Counted from the first letter of the stretch, positions 31,201 through 40,083 are shown. The stretch: 64,000 nucleotides of DNA from Pseudomonadota bacterium (GCA_016711215.1 JADJTL010000003.1:256709-320708); one strand, 5' to 3'. The notes: generated by a model not told the origin, from the letters alone. Made by a program: numbers and translations.

Positions 31201-31315
31201 AGTGCAGCACCAGCGGCCCGGGGCCTTGCGCGCTCAGGACGATCTCGGTCAGCTCAGCGTCGGCGCGCTGGTCGATCGTCATCCGGACGTCGCCCTGCTC
31301 GATTACCTGGCTCAT
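28205..31315 (-). CDS. Alpha-glucan water dikinase (GWD)-like phosphotransferase, paralog 2, with N-terminal CBM45-like domain
   Basis: N-terminal LVLHWGLRLPGDGRWHAAPPECWPAG resembles starch-binding CBM45. Central EEWHQKLHNNTTPDDVAIAEAYLAF is near-identical to the plant GWD motif as I recall it. Phospho-His motif DLVSHVAVRARNAGLLFATCY. C-terminal nucleotide-binding YRSDANAEDLAGYAGAGLYDSV. 1036 aa. Confidence 0.8.
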   Translation of the reverse strand: MSQVIEQGDVRMTIDQRADAELTEIVLSAQGPGPLVLHWGLRLPGDGRWHAAPPECWPAGSVAVGEAAVQTPLAPRSEEGPLVLRLPAQGPWAALTFVLLLPDRGRWVHHHGGDFVVPLRSAGVVDGPSAPVACARLVEEIVAHELGRSSWTLMHRYQLCHALIEGCGADADALAYLFVWLRFSALRQLDWQRRYNTKPRELAHAQQRLGELLVQRFAGAPRARPLVRLLLGTVGAANEGQRIRDEILEIMHRHRIKEVAGHFLEEWHQKLHNNTTPDDVAIAEAYLAFLRSDGDLLRYWAELQRHGVTRQRLESYERPIRSAPDFVPGLKAGLAQDIEHFAGTLRALHEANDLAAAAAAARESCDPEDRQRLAWLLSLSRPSPADGGARGIDRATGAASPSPAAILVQVVEAITVLRRNLARRLAGGETVRALLYLDLALEDHLRLAVERWLDADVTLAELVVLVEHVLENLGLSSALPELELCRRHWRRISADGTFDADRARHARAVVERVARAVGGEVDAWYALLQPKAEQLGVALRVEAWVISLFSEEVVRGRPSFVIAALLRHLDPLLRAVAALGDWQVVSPGRGEGELRCVDTLRELQLDGQRGPLVVLSRSVGGDEEIPEQVTAVITPMPTDLVSHVAVRARNAGLLFATCYAPQKLSELEALQGRQVRLEVDARGDVVVAALEGATAAAATPRAPLVLPAVDLSGEDWVLPLARCGPDQVGAKARGLLRLAAVLPSWAIVPPAVAVPFGGLERALALPANAGRAEEYAERTRRADEGAIDVALLSRLRALVLELEAPAALAPALKSALAAVGVPLGDALATSWMQIKRVWASKWNERAYQARQHWQLAHRAVHLAVLIQPLVPADHAFVLHSVNPADGNARELYLELVPGLGETLVGNHPGRALAVVVDKARLGDADGGARIVAYPSKSEALSARGLIYRSDANAEDLAGYAGAGLYDSVTAEAPTARLLDYTEEPLLWDAARRLPLVRRIAEIGLSVERAFGTPQDIEGVISEGRLYVVQARPQVGL

Positions 31316-31377
31316 CGGCTCAACACTTCATCCTGCTCGAGGCCGGCGATTCTGCCCCGGCCCTCGTCATCTTGCGC

Positions 31378-31511
31378 GACCCCATCCGCGACCCCATCCG
31401 CGACCCATCCGCGACCCATCCGCGACCCATCCGCGACCCAATCCCGACGCACGCCTGCTTGGGCCCTACGCACGCTTGCTTGGGCCCTACGCACGCCTGC
31501 TTGGGTGCGCG
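31378..31511. repeat. Two adjacent tandem-repeat arrays in the divergent promoter region between GWD-like 2 and the Ser/Thr kinase. First array is (GACCCCATCCGC)/(GACCCATCCGC) x5 at 31378-31446. Second is a 21-bp unit (GCACGCCTGCTTGGGCCCTAC) x3 at 31449-31511
   Basis: Direct reading. The first array shows period 12 collapsing to 11. The second shows period 21. Confidence 0.9.
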
Positions 31512-31609
31512 CCGCGACGGCCGCGCGCCGCTGGCGAGCGGCTCCGCCCTCCTGGGTGCTCGCATCGGACAACGCGACAATCCGGCCGGCCTTGTGGCAT
31601 CATGCCACG

Positions 31610-33202
31610 GTGCGGGCGCACGCTCACAGCCCCAACACCACGTCGTGGATGATCCTGCGCCGGCTCGGCAGCGGCTACTTCACCGAGGACGCGCTGGGCG
31701 CAGAGCCTGGGCCGACTGGCGTGACGCGCCTGGTGCTGATCAAGAGCCTCCTGCCGCGACTGCACGACGCCCGCCCCTTCGTCGGCGCCTGGCTCGCGCG
31801 CGCGACCGCGGCAATCGCGCTGCGCCACGACGGCATCGCGCGCGTCTTCGCCGCCGAGCCGCAGGGCGGCGGTGCGCGGGTCGTCACCGAGTACGTCGGC
31901 GGCGAGACGTTGCGCCTGCTGGTCAGCGCTCTGGCCGCACGCGAGCTCAGCCTACCGCTGGGCAGCGCCTGTCGGATTGTCGCGCAGGCGGCCGAGTCGT
32001 TGGCCTACGCCCACGCCCTACCCGACAGCGCCGACGATCGGAGGTCGCTGCTGCACGGCGATCTCTCGCCGGAGAACGTCGTCGTGACCTATGCCGGTCA
32101 GACCAAGCTGATCGACTTCGGGCTCGGGCGAGCCGACCCGCTGCGGAAGCACACCCCACCCAGCCGCCTGGCCAGCCGCATCGCGCACCAGGCCCCCGAG
32201 CAACTGCAGCAGCGCACGGTCGATCGACGCGCCGACGTCTGGGGCCTTGGCGTGCTGCTCTACGAGCTCCTTGCCGGCCGGCTGCTCTTTCACGGTGCCA
32301 CGCCACAGGAGGTGCTGGAAGCGGTCATGGGGGCTCCGGTGCCACCACCGAGCCGCTACAACCCGGCCATCCCACCAGAGCTTGACGCGGTCGTGCTGGA
32401 CGCGCTGGAGCGCGACGTGCCGCGGCGCATCTCGTCAGCCGCGGCGCTGCGCGAGCGGCTCGAGCAGGTCCTCGAACAGAGCGAAGGGGCGCACCCGGCT
32501 GCGCTCGGCGGCTGGCTGCGCGGCGCGCTGCGCGACTGCTACGCAGAGCGCCAGAGCATCGAACGCGAGGCGCGCACCGAGGCGATCGAGGCCCTGCGGG
32601 CCCAAGGGCCACCACCCTGGGCGACGGACGCGCCGGTCCTCATCGGCGCGCACCCTCGCTCGGCCTGGGCACGGGCCCGCAGCCGCGCCTGGGTCACCTT
32701 CCGACGCCGTCCGATCTTGGTCTCGGCGCTGCTGCTCGTGCCCGGCGCGAGCGGCCTTCTTTCGTATCGCCTGGGCCGCCACCTCGGCGCTGGCGAACAC
32801 GTGCCGTGGCGCCTCTGGCCGCTGGTCGCGCTCCTGGTCGCGGGGGGGACGCTGCTGGTCGCTTGGCGTCTGGGCGCAAAGCGCTGGCGGACCTCGCCGG
32901 CACCGGTCGCGAAGGAGCCGCTCAGCAGCGCCGAGCGCGAAGCCGCAGCGTGGCGCAACGAGGCTCAGCACCGCCGCAAGCGCCTGACGGAGGCCGAGCG
33001 CGCGCTGAGCCGCGTCGACGGCCACCTGGCCGACGCCATGGACCAGCTCGTCGAGGCGGAAGAACGGGCGAGCCAGGCGGAGCGCCTCGAGCGAGCCCTC
33101 GGCGAGGCGCACGCCGAGCTGCGGCAGCTGCGTGACTTGGCCGAGCGCACTGGGGCCTCGCGCGACGCCGCCGCTACCGCGAAGGATCGCGCCAGTCGAT
33201 GA
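31610..33202 (+). CDS. Ser/Thr protein kinase-like protein with C-terminal TM helices and a coiled-coil tail
   Basis: Kinase fold with atypical catalytic loop LLHGDLSPENVVV (HGD, Lys replaced by Ser), DFG present (LIDFG), APE present. Two hydrophobic helices. Ala/Arg-rich coiled coil at the C-terminus. Start uncertain (GTG 31610 or ATG 31649). The long upstream ORF extension runs across the repeat region and was rejected. Confidence 0.7.
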   Translation: MRAHAHSPNTTSWMILRRLGSGYFTEDALGAEPGPTGVTRLVLIKSLLPRLHDARPFVGAWLARATAAIALRHDGIARVFAAEPQGGGARVVTEYVGGETLRLLVSALAARELSLPLGSACRIVAQAAESLAYAHALPDSADDRRSLLHGDLSPENVVVTYAGQTKLIDFGLGRADPLRKHTPPSRLASRIAHQAPEQLQQRTVDRRADVWGLGVLLYELLAGRLLFHGATPQEVLEAVMGAPVPPPSRYNPAIPPELDAVVLDALERDVPRRISSAAALRERLEQVLEQSEGAHPAALGGWLRGALRDCYAERQSIEREARTEAIEALRAQGPPPWATDAPVLIGAHPRSAWARARSRAWVTFRRRPILVSALLLVPGASGLLSYRLGRHLGAGEHVPWRLWPLVALLVAGGTLLVAWRLGAKRWRTSPAPVAKEPLSSAEREAAAWRNEAQHRRKRLTEAERALSRVDGHLADAMDQLVEAEERASQAERLERALGEAHAELRQLRDLAERTGASRDAAATAKDRASR

Positions 33203-35004
33203 GAAGGCACGCCTTCGGCGCGACCGTCAGCGCCGAAGGCACCCGCTTTCGCGTCTGGGCGCCGAGGGCGCGCAGGGTCGAGTTGATCCTCGAGGGTGGC
33301 GCGGCCGCCGGCACAGCCACCACGGTCCAGCATCGCCTCCAGCGCGCCGGCGACGGTCTCCACGAGGTCTTCGTGCCGCAGCTTGGCGCGGGGGCCCGCT
33401 ATCGCTACCGCCTCGACGACGACCGCGTCGCCCCCGACCCCGCGAGCCGCTACCAGCCCGAGGGCGTCCATGGACCGTCGGCGGTGGTCGACCCGCTGGC
33501 CTTCCGCTGGCACGACGCGGCGTGGTCGGGCCGGGCCTTGTCCGAGCTCGTCATCTACGAGCTGCATGTCGGCGCCTTCACGCCAGAGGGGACCTTCGCC
33601 GCCGCCAGCGCACGACTCGACGACTTGCAGGCGCTCGGCATCACCGCGGTCGAGCTGATGCCCGTGGCGGATTTTCCTGGGCGCTGGAGCTGGGGCTACG
33701 ATCAGGCGGCGCTCTGGGCTCCGGCGCAGGTCTACGGCCCGCCCGACGCGCTGCGGGCCTTCGTCGACCGAGCCCATGCGCTCGGCCTCTCCGTGATCCT
33801 CGACGTGATCCACAACCACGTCGGGCCCGATGGCGCCTATGTGGCCGCCTTCGGCCCCTTCCTCACCCGCCGACATCACACGCCGTGGGGAGCCGCGGTC
33901 AACCTCGATCAGCGCGGCAGCGCGACCGTTCGCGCCTTTCTGATCGAGAACGCGGAGCACTGGCTCGCCGAGTACCATATCGACGCCCTGCGCCTCGACG
34001 CCATCGACGCGCTCTACGACGGCAGCGCCACCCACTTCCTGACGGCGCTGAGCACGCGGGTGGGGAGCCTTTCCGGACAGCGGCGCTATCTCTTCGCCGA
34101 GGACGACCGCAATCTCAACCTCGTGCTGCAAGCGCCATCCGCCGGGGGCTACGGCCTCGACGGCGTCTGGACTGACGACTTCCACCACCTCTTGCGGCGT
34201 CTCCTGACCGGCGAGCAGCTCGGCGCGCCTTCTGACTTCCCGGCAACCACCGCAGCGCTGGCGAAGACGATCAACGACGGCTGGTGGTACCAAGGTCAGG
34301 TGCTGCCGAGCAGCGGCCTGCCGCGCGGCAGCGATCCGCGCGCCCTTTCGCCCCAGAGCCTGATCTACTTCCTGCAGAATCACGACCAGGTCGGCAATCG
34401 ACCCTTCGGCGAGCGCCTGCACCAGACGATCAGCCCCGCGCTGTTCCGTGCCGCCTCCGCCCTGCTGCTCTTTCTCCCGCAGACGCCGCTGCTCTTCATG
34501 GGTCAGGAGTGGGCGGCGAGCGCGCCCTTCCATTTCTTCACCGATCACAAGCCCGCGCTCGGGCGCCGGGTGCGTGAGGGACGCTGGCGCGAGGCCCGCG
34601 CGCGCTTCGCGATCGACGCCGGCACGACGCTTCCCGACCCGCAGGATCCCAGCAGCTTCGAGCGCAGCAAGCTCGCTTGGGCCGAGCGCGGACGAGCGCC
34701 GCACGACGGCACGCTCCAGCTCTACCGCAAGCTCCTTCGACTGCGCCGCGAGCTCAGCGGACGGGCGCAGGCCGAGAGCCCCTCCGAGGGCGCTCTGTTG
34801 GTGCGACGCGGCGCCTATACGCTCGCCGTAGCGCTGCGCTCGGACCTCGACCTGCCGCTGCCAAGCGCGGGTGTGGAGCGCCTCTCGACCGCTGGCCCTC
34901 CCGGGACTGGCGCGCCGGAGGCGCCGCTGACTCAAAGTGGGCACCTCCACTTCGCGGCGCCCGCCGCCGTGATCTTCGGACCGGCAGCGGGTCTTGGCGC
35001 CTGA
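33199..35004 (+). CDS. treZ: GH13 malto-oligosyltrehalose trehalohydrolase-like alpha-amylase-family enzyme
   Basis: N-terminal CBM48-like FRVWAPRARRVELIL. GH13 catalytic regions (GLSVILDVIHNHVGPDG; ALRLDAIDAL; YLFAEDDRNL; FLQNHDQVGNR). 601 aa. Symbol assigned on family resemblance only. Confidence 0.75.
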   Translation: MRRHAFGATVSAEGTRFRVWAPRARRVELILEGGAAAGTATTVQHRLQRAGDGLHEVFVPQLGAGARYRYRLDDDRVAPDPASRYQPEGVHGPSAVVDPLAFRWHDAAWSGRALSELVIYELHVGAFTPEGTFAAASARLDDLQALGITAVELMPVADFPGRWSWGYDQAALWAPAQVYGPPDALRAFVDRAHALGLSVILDVIHNHVGPDGAYVAAFGPFLTRRHHTPWGAAVNLDQRGSATVRAFLIENAEHWLAEYHIDALRLDAIDALYDGSATHFLTALSTRVGSLSGQRRYLFAEDDRNLNLVLQAPSAGGYGLDGVWTDDFHHLLRRLLTGEQLGAPSDFPATTAALAKTINDGWWYQGQVLPSSGLPRGSDPRALSPQSLIYFLQNHDQVGNRPFGERLHQTISPALFRAASALLLFLPQTPLLFMGQEWAASAPFHFFTDHKPALGRRVREGRWREARARFAIDAGTTLPDPQDPSSFERSKLAWAERGRAPHDGTLQLYRKLLRLRRELSGRAQAESPSEGALLVRRGAYTLAVALRSDLDLPLPSAGVERLSTAGPPGTGAPEAPLTQSGHLHFAAPAAVIFGPAAGLGA

Positions 35005-36667
35005 GGGGGCTGCGCGTATAGTAGCTGCTTATTTGCTTGCTTTCGTCGCTCTCGCTCGCCGTGCAGTCGGTGGGCCGGGTGCGGCAGCCCAACAGGTCGC
35101 TGCGCGTAACAGCGGCCCCGAGAGCGATGGAAGCGATGGAAGCGATGGCCAAGTGACGCGCCCCACCGCAACGCAGCAGAGCGCGTCACCCGCGTGGCCC
35201 GTCACGGAAGCCGAGGCCGGCGACGACCGAGCCTCGCAGCCCCTTCGCGCGGCGGGGCATTCGCGCGCCGTGCTCGTGATCGACGATGACGTCGCGCTCG
35301 GGGCCCTGATCGATCTGCAGCTCCGCCGCCTGCACTTCGAGCCCACCATCGTCACCGCGGCCGAGCAGGCGCTGGCCGCGCTCGAGCGCCAGCGCTTCTC
35401 CGCGGTGCTGGCTGATGTCCGCCTCGATGGCATGAATGGCCTCGACTTCTGTGCCCGCGTGGTCCGCGCCTTTCCTGGCACGACGGTGGTGCTGATGACC
35501 GGCTGGGGCACCATGCAAACCGCCATCGACGCGCTGCGCGCGGGCGCCTTCGACTTCCTCACCAAGCCGCTCGATTTCGCCGAGCTCAACGTCGTGCTCG
35601 AGCGCGCGCTGCGGCATAGCGCAGCCGAGGGGATCACGCGCCTGGCGCGTCAGGCGGAACCTTCGACTGCCATCGGTGAGCTGATCGGCGAGAGCGAGCC
35701 GATGCGTCGACTGGTCGAGCTGCTGACGCGCGTGGCGAATACCGAGGCCACCGTGCTGATCACCGGCGAGAGCGGAACGGGCAAGGAGCTGGCTGCGCGC
35801 GCCTTGCATAATCGTAGCGCTCGGTCGGCTGGCCGCTTCGTCGCGATCAACTGCGCGGCGATGCCGGAGGCGCTGTTGGAGAGCCAGCTCTTTGGCCACA
35901 CCCGGGGAGCCTTCACCGATGCCCATGCAGCACGCGTCGGGCTGCTGGTGCAGGCCAATGGTGGCACGCTCTTTCTCGACGAGATCGGCGACATGCCGCT
36001 CGCGCTGCAGCCGAAGCTGCTGCGCGCGCTGCAGGAGCGCACCGTAAGACCGCTCGGCAGTGACCTCGAGGTGCCCTTCGACGCGCGCATTCTCGCGGCC
36101 ACCCATCGGCAGCTCGACGCCGAGGTGCAAGCGGGTCGCTTCCGCGCCGACCTCTACTTCCGCATCAACGTGATCCAGGTGCAGATGCCGGCCCTGCGCA
36201 CGCGCGGCAGCGACGTCCTGCTGCTCGCCAACGACGCCGTGCATCAGATCGCCGCGCGCTCGGGGAAGGCGGTGGTTGGCGTCTCGGGGCCCGCGGCCGA
36301 ACACCTGCTCGCCTACCCCTGGCCGGGCAACGTCCGCGAGCTGATCAACTGCGTCGAGAGCGCCGTCGCCCTGACGCGGCACACGAAGATCGCGGTGGAG
36401 GACCTCCCTCCGCCCATCCGCCGCAACCCGACGCGCTCTGGCGCCGACGCACCCGCGGCGGGCGAGCCCCTGGTGCCGATGGACGAGATCGAGCGCCGTC
36501 ACATCCTCGCCGTGCTCTCAGTCGTCGGCGGGAACCGCACGGAAGCGGCGCGGGTGCTCGGCCTCGACCGTAAGACGCTCTATCGCAAGCTGAAGCAGTA
36601 CGCGCGCAGCGGTCGCGCCCCAGCGGAGGAGACCCCGCCAGCGCGCAACGAAGCCCTCGATAGCTAG
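34994..36667 (+). CDS. NtrC-family sigma-54-dependent two-component response regulator (REC-AAA+-HTH)
   Basis: REC (AVLVIDDDVALGALI...VLADVRLDGMNGLDF). Walker A GESGTGKELAARALH. GAFTDA motif. C-terminal Fis HTH. The true start is probably downstream of 34994, as the first ~90 aa are low-complexity. Confidence 0.8.
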   Translation: MAPEGAARIVAAYLLAFVALARRAVGGPGAAAQQVAARNSGPESDGSDGSDGQVTRPTATQQSASPAWPVTEAEAGDDRASQPLRAAGHSRAVLVIDDDVALGALIDLQLRRLHFEPTIVTAAEQALAALERQRFSAVLADVRLDGMNGLDFCARVVRAFPGTTVVLMTGWGTMQTAIDALRAGAFDFLTKPLDFAELNVVLERALRHSAAEGITRLARQAEPSTAIGELIGESEPMRRLVELLTRVANTEATVLITGESGTGKELAARALHNRSARSAGRFVAINCAAMPEALLESQLFGHTRGAFTDAHAARVGLLVQANGGTLFLDEIGDMPLALQPKLLRALQERTVRPLGSDLEVPFDARILAATHRQLDAEVQAGRFRADLYFRINVIQVQMPALRTRGSDVLLLANDAVHQIAARSGKAVVGVSGPAAEHLLAYPWPGNVRELINCVESAVALTRHTKIAVEDLPPPIRRNPTRSGADAPAAGEPLVPMDEIERRHILAVLSVVGGNRTEAARVLGLDRKTLYRKLKQYARSGRAPAEETPPARNEALDS

Positions 36668-36725
36668 CCGGCAACCGCTCGGTGCTGACCGCCGACGCCG
36701 GCGCCAGCTCGAGCAACGTCGTTTC

Positions 36726-36777
36726 GCGTGTTGCGAAGGCGTGTTGCGAAGGCGTGTTGCGAAGGCGTGTTGCGAAG
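36726..36777. repeat. 13-bp direct repeat (GCGTGTTGCGAAG) x4, intergenic between the NtrC-family regulator and the CheY-like receiver genes
   Basis: Direct reading. Confidence 0.9.
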
Positions 36778-36847
36778 CCGGTAGACGAGCAGGCCTCGTC
36801 GTGTATGATAGGCGCCTCCTCGGTGTTGCCCGCGCAGGAGGTCTCCG

Positions 36848-37330
36848 ATGCTCTGGCAGTCCCCGCAGCGCCCCGACGTTCATCGCGTGATTGTGGCCGA
36901 CGACGACCGCGATGTGCTGCGGTTGATCAGCGCCGCGCTCGAGCACAGCGGCTACGAGGTCCATACAGTGACCAGCGGCAGCGAGCTGCAGGACGTGCTG
37001 GTCAAGCATGCGATCTACGGCGGCCCTGAGCATCGGCCGGCGGATGTCGTGATCTCAGACATCCGCATGCCCGGCTGTTCGGGCCTCGAGGTCCTCGCCG
37101 ACCTGCGGGGGCGCGCCTGGGCCCCGCCGGTGATCGTCATCTCCGGGGCGATGGATGACGCGCTGCGCGGGCAGGCCCAGCGCATGGGTGCATCGGCCGT
37201 CTTGTCGAAGCCGCTCAACCTCGAGACGCTGCGCAGCGAGGTCGATGCCGCCGTTGGGCTGAAGCGCGGGGGGGAGGGCTCCAGGGCGAGAGCGGCGGCG
37301 GAGCATCGATGTCACCTCCCGCAGGCCTAG
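36848..37330 (+). CDS. Single-domain response regulator receiver (CheY-like)
   Basis: VIVADDDRDVLRL...VVISDIRMPGCSGLEVL...VIVISGA...SKPL. Complete REC, no output domain. Confidence 0.75.
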   Translation: MLWQSPQRPDVHRVIVADDDRDVLRLISAALEHSGYEVHTVTSGSELQDVLVKHAIYGGPEHRPADVVISDIRMPGCSGLEVLADLRGRAWAPPVIVISGAMDDALRGQAQRMGASAVLSKPLNLETLRSEVDAAVGLKRGGEGSRARAAAEHRCHLPQA

Positions 37331-37758
37331 CGCTAACCGCGCTCCAGCTCGAGTTGATCAGCCGCCGCGTGCTGCTCGCGGAGGATGACGAGGACCTGCG
37401 GCTCTTGCTCGCCGCGGCGCTCAAGAGCCACGGCTACCGGGTCGACGAGGTGGCCGACGGGGCAGCGCTGCTGGAGCGGCTCGCGAGCAGCCAGAGCAGC
37501 CCGTACTGCGACGACCCGATCGAGCTGCTGATTTCGGATCTGCACATCCCCTGTCTCTCGGGTCTCGACGTCCTCGCCAGCCTGCGTGGCACCGAGAACC
37601 GCCTGCCGGTGATCTTGATCACCGCAGACGACAGCCCGCGGCTCGAGGGCGTGGCCCGCCGGCTCGGCGCCGCCGCCTACTTCCGCAAGCCCTTCGATGT
37701 CTGCGATCTGCTGACCGCGGTGGTCAACGTGTCGGTGCCCGCCCTGCCCGCGACCTAG
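37309..37758 (+). CDS. Single-domain response regulator receiver (CheY-like), second copy
   Basis: VLLAEDDEDLRLLL...LLISDLHIPCLSGLDVL...VILITAD...RKPF. Overlaps the preceding receiver gene by about 20 nt. Confidence 0.75.
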   Translation: MSPPAGLALTALQLELISRRVLLAEDDEDLRLLLAAALKSHGYRVDEVADGAALLERLASSQSSPYCDDPIELLISDLHIPCLSGLDVLASLRGTENRLPVILITADDSPRLEGVARRLGAAAYFRKPFDVCDLLTAVVNVSVPALPAT

Positions 37759-37779
37759 GTTGTCGCCCGGCGAGGTGCC

Positions 37780-40083
37780 CTACTCCGCCTCAGACGCCTC
37801 AGACCTGGGCTCGGCCTCGGACGGGGCGCCGTCCTGCGCCGGAGCGAGCAGGCTGTCCGCCGGCGTCGCTTCGCGCGCGAAGAAGAGCGCACCCAGCGGC
37901 GGCAAGGTCAGCGAGAGCGACTGCTCCATGCCGTGGCAGGGCATCGGCTCACTGACCACACGCCCGCAGTTGCCGACATTCGTCCCGCCGAAGCTCTCAG
38001 CGTCGCTGTTGACCAGCTCGAGGTACTCGCCCGCGGCTGGCACCCCGATGCGGTAGTCCCTCCGCGGCACCGGCGTCAGGTTGAAGACGCAGATTATCTC
38101 GCCCCGCGGACCGCGGCGCAGGAAGGAGATCACCGATTGCTCGGAGTCGGTGCAGTCAATCCACTGAAAGCCGCGAGGCTCATGATCCCAAGCCCAGAGC
38201 GCATCGTGGCCGAGGTAGAGGTGACCGAGCTGCTGGACCAGCCGCTGAATACCACTATGGCGCGGCTCGGCGAGCAGCTGCCAGTCCAAGCTGGCATCGT
38301 GGCGCCATTCCGACCACTGCCCGAACTCGGCGCCCATGAAGAGCAGCTTCTTGCCCGGATGCGCATAGAGGTAGCTCAAGAGCACGCGCAGCCCGGCGGC
38401 CTTGCGCCAGTCGTCGCCCGGCATCTTCGAGAGCAGCGCGCGCTTTCCGTGCACGACCTCATCGTGCGAGAGCGGCAGGATGAAGTTCTCCGTCCAGGCG
38501 TAGAGCATGCTGAAGGTCAGGTTGTTGTGATGGTACTTGCGATGGATCGGATCCTTCGTGAAGTAGTGCAGCGTGTCGTGCATCCACCCCATGTTCCACT
38601 TGAAACCGAAGCCCAGGCCGCCCAGGTAGGTCGGCGCCGTGACGCCACCCCAGGCCGTAGACTCCTCGGCGATGGTCAGCACGCCAGGGAAGCTGCTGTA
38701 GACTTGCCGGTTGAGCTCCTGCAGTAGTGAGATGGCCTCGAGGTTCTCGCGCCCACCGTACTGGTTCGGGATCCACTCGCCATGCGGGCGGCTGTAGTCG
38801 CGGTAGATCATCGACGCGACGGCGTCGACGCGCAGGCCGTCGAAGTGGAACTGATCGAGCCAGTAGAGCGCGTTGGCCAGCAGGAAGGCGCGCACCTCGT
38901 GGCGCCCGTAGTTGAAGATCAGCGTGCCCCAATCGCGGTGCTCGCCCTCGCGGGGGTCGGCATGCTCGTAGAGCGCCGTGCCGTCGAACCAGCGCAGCGC
39001 GTAGTCGTCCTTGGGGAAGTGCGCGGGCACCCAATCGAGCAACACGCCAATACCGTGCTGGTGGCAGAGATCGATGAAGTAGCGCAGATCGTCGGGCCCA
39101 CCGTAGCGCGCCGTCGGCGCGAAGTAGCCCGTGGTCTGGTAGCCCCACGAGAGGTCGAAGGCATGCTCGGCGATCGGTAGCAGCTCGAGATGCGTGAAGC
39201 CATGGATCCGGCAGTGCTCGATCAGGCGCGGCGCGAGCTCACGGTAGGTCAGCCAGCCGTCCTCGCGCTCGGGCACGCGCATCCACGAGCCGAGATGCAC
39301 CTCATAGATCGCCATCGGCTTCTGCCGCGGGTCACCGACCGCACGAGCCTGAATCCACGCGTCATCCTGCCAGGCGAAGCTGCCGAGCCCCTGAACCACG
39401 GACGCGCTCTTGGGCCGCAGCTCCATCGCGAAGGCCATCGGGTCGGTCTTGAGCCGTAGGTTGCCGTCGCGCAGCTTGAGCTCGTACTTGTAGATCGCGC
39501 CGGCACCCACGCCCGGCAAGAAGAGCTCCCAGACCCCCGAGGCCCCCAACCGGCGCATCGGGTGGCGGCGCCCATCCCAGCCGTTGAAGGTCCCGACCAC
39601 GCTGACGCGCACGGCGTTGGGCGCCCAGACGGCGAAGGAGGTTCCAGCCACCCCATCGACCGCGCGCGGATGCGCGCCGAGCCGCTCATAGAGGCGGTAA
39701 TGGGTACCCTCACCGAAGAGGTGCAGGTCGAGCTCGCCGAGCGTCGGCGCGAAGCCATAGGGGTCTGCCAGGGGCGGCGCGCTGCCGTCGGCCAGCGACC
39801 ACTCGACCTCGTAGCTCAGCGGCAAGCTCGCGTCGGGCAGGAAGCGGGCAAAGAGCCCTCCGCTATGCACCTGCTGCATGGGCTGGGGATCGCTGCCGGC
39901 AACGTGCAGCTGCGCGCCAAGCGCCTCGGGAGCGAAGGCGCGCACGACCAGTCCCTGCCGCCCCTGCCAATGCAGCCGATGGACGCCAAGCAGCCCGTGC
40001 GGGTCGCTGATTTCGGCGCGGACGAGACGCTGCACCGCCTGTGGATCACCTTCCAATGAGTGCTGGACGCCTGTCATCTGCAT
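37780..40083 (-). CDS. glgB: 1,4-alpha-glucan branching enzyme
   Basis: 767 aa. N-terminal CBM48 segment plus GH13 catalytic core ([17 protein letters not shown]; [15 protein letters not shown]; [12 protein letters not shown]; FMGAEFGQ). Typical GlgB architecture. Confidence 0.9.
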   Translation of the reverse strand: MQMTGVQHSLEGDPQAVQRLVRAEISDPHGLLGVHRLHWQGRQGLVVRAFAPEALGAQLHVAGSDPQPMQQVHSGGLFARFLPDASLPLSYEVEWSLADGSAPPLADPYGFAPTLGELDLHLFGEGTHYRLYERLGAHPRAVDGVAGTSFAVWAPNAVRVSVVGTFNGWDGRRHPMRRLGASGVWELFLPGVGAGAIYKYELKLRDGNLRLKTDPMAFAMELRPKSASVVQGLGSFAWQDDAWIQARAVGDPRQKPMAIYEVHLGSWMRVPEREDGWLTYRELAPRLIEHCRIHGFTHLELLPIAEHAFDLSWGYQTTGYFAPTARYGGPDDLRYFIDLCHQHGIGVLLDWVPAHFPKDDYALRWFDGTALYEHADPREGEHRDWGTLIFNYGRHEVRAFLLANALYWLDQFHFDGLRVDAVASMIYRDYSRPHGEWIPNQYGGRENLEAISLLQELNRQVYSSFPGVLTIAEESTAWGGVTAPTYLGGLGFGFKWNMGWMHDTLHYFTKDPIHRKYHHNNLTFSMLYAWTENFILPLSHDEVVHGKRALLSKMPGDDWRKAAGLRVLLSYLYAHPGKKLLFMGAEFGQWSEWRHDASLDWQLLAEPRHSGIQRLVQQLGHLYLGHDALWAWDHEPRGFQWIDCTDSEQSVISFLRRGPRGEIICVFNLTPVPRRDYRIGVPAAGEYLELVNSDAESFGGTNVGNCGRVVSEPMPCHGMEQSLSLTLPPLGALFFAREATPADSLLAPAQDGAPSEAEPRSEASEAE

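Noticed and set aside
30983-31648. 5' extension of the Ser/Thr kinase ORF (739 aa version)
   Set aside because: The extension runs through the intergenic tandem-repeat arrays and has no kinase homology. The kinase domain begins near 31610-31650.
32965-34950. 661-aa minus-strand ORF
   Set aside because: It is antisense to the GH13 treZ-like gene, which has clear catalytic motifs. No domain was recognised.
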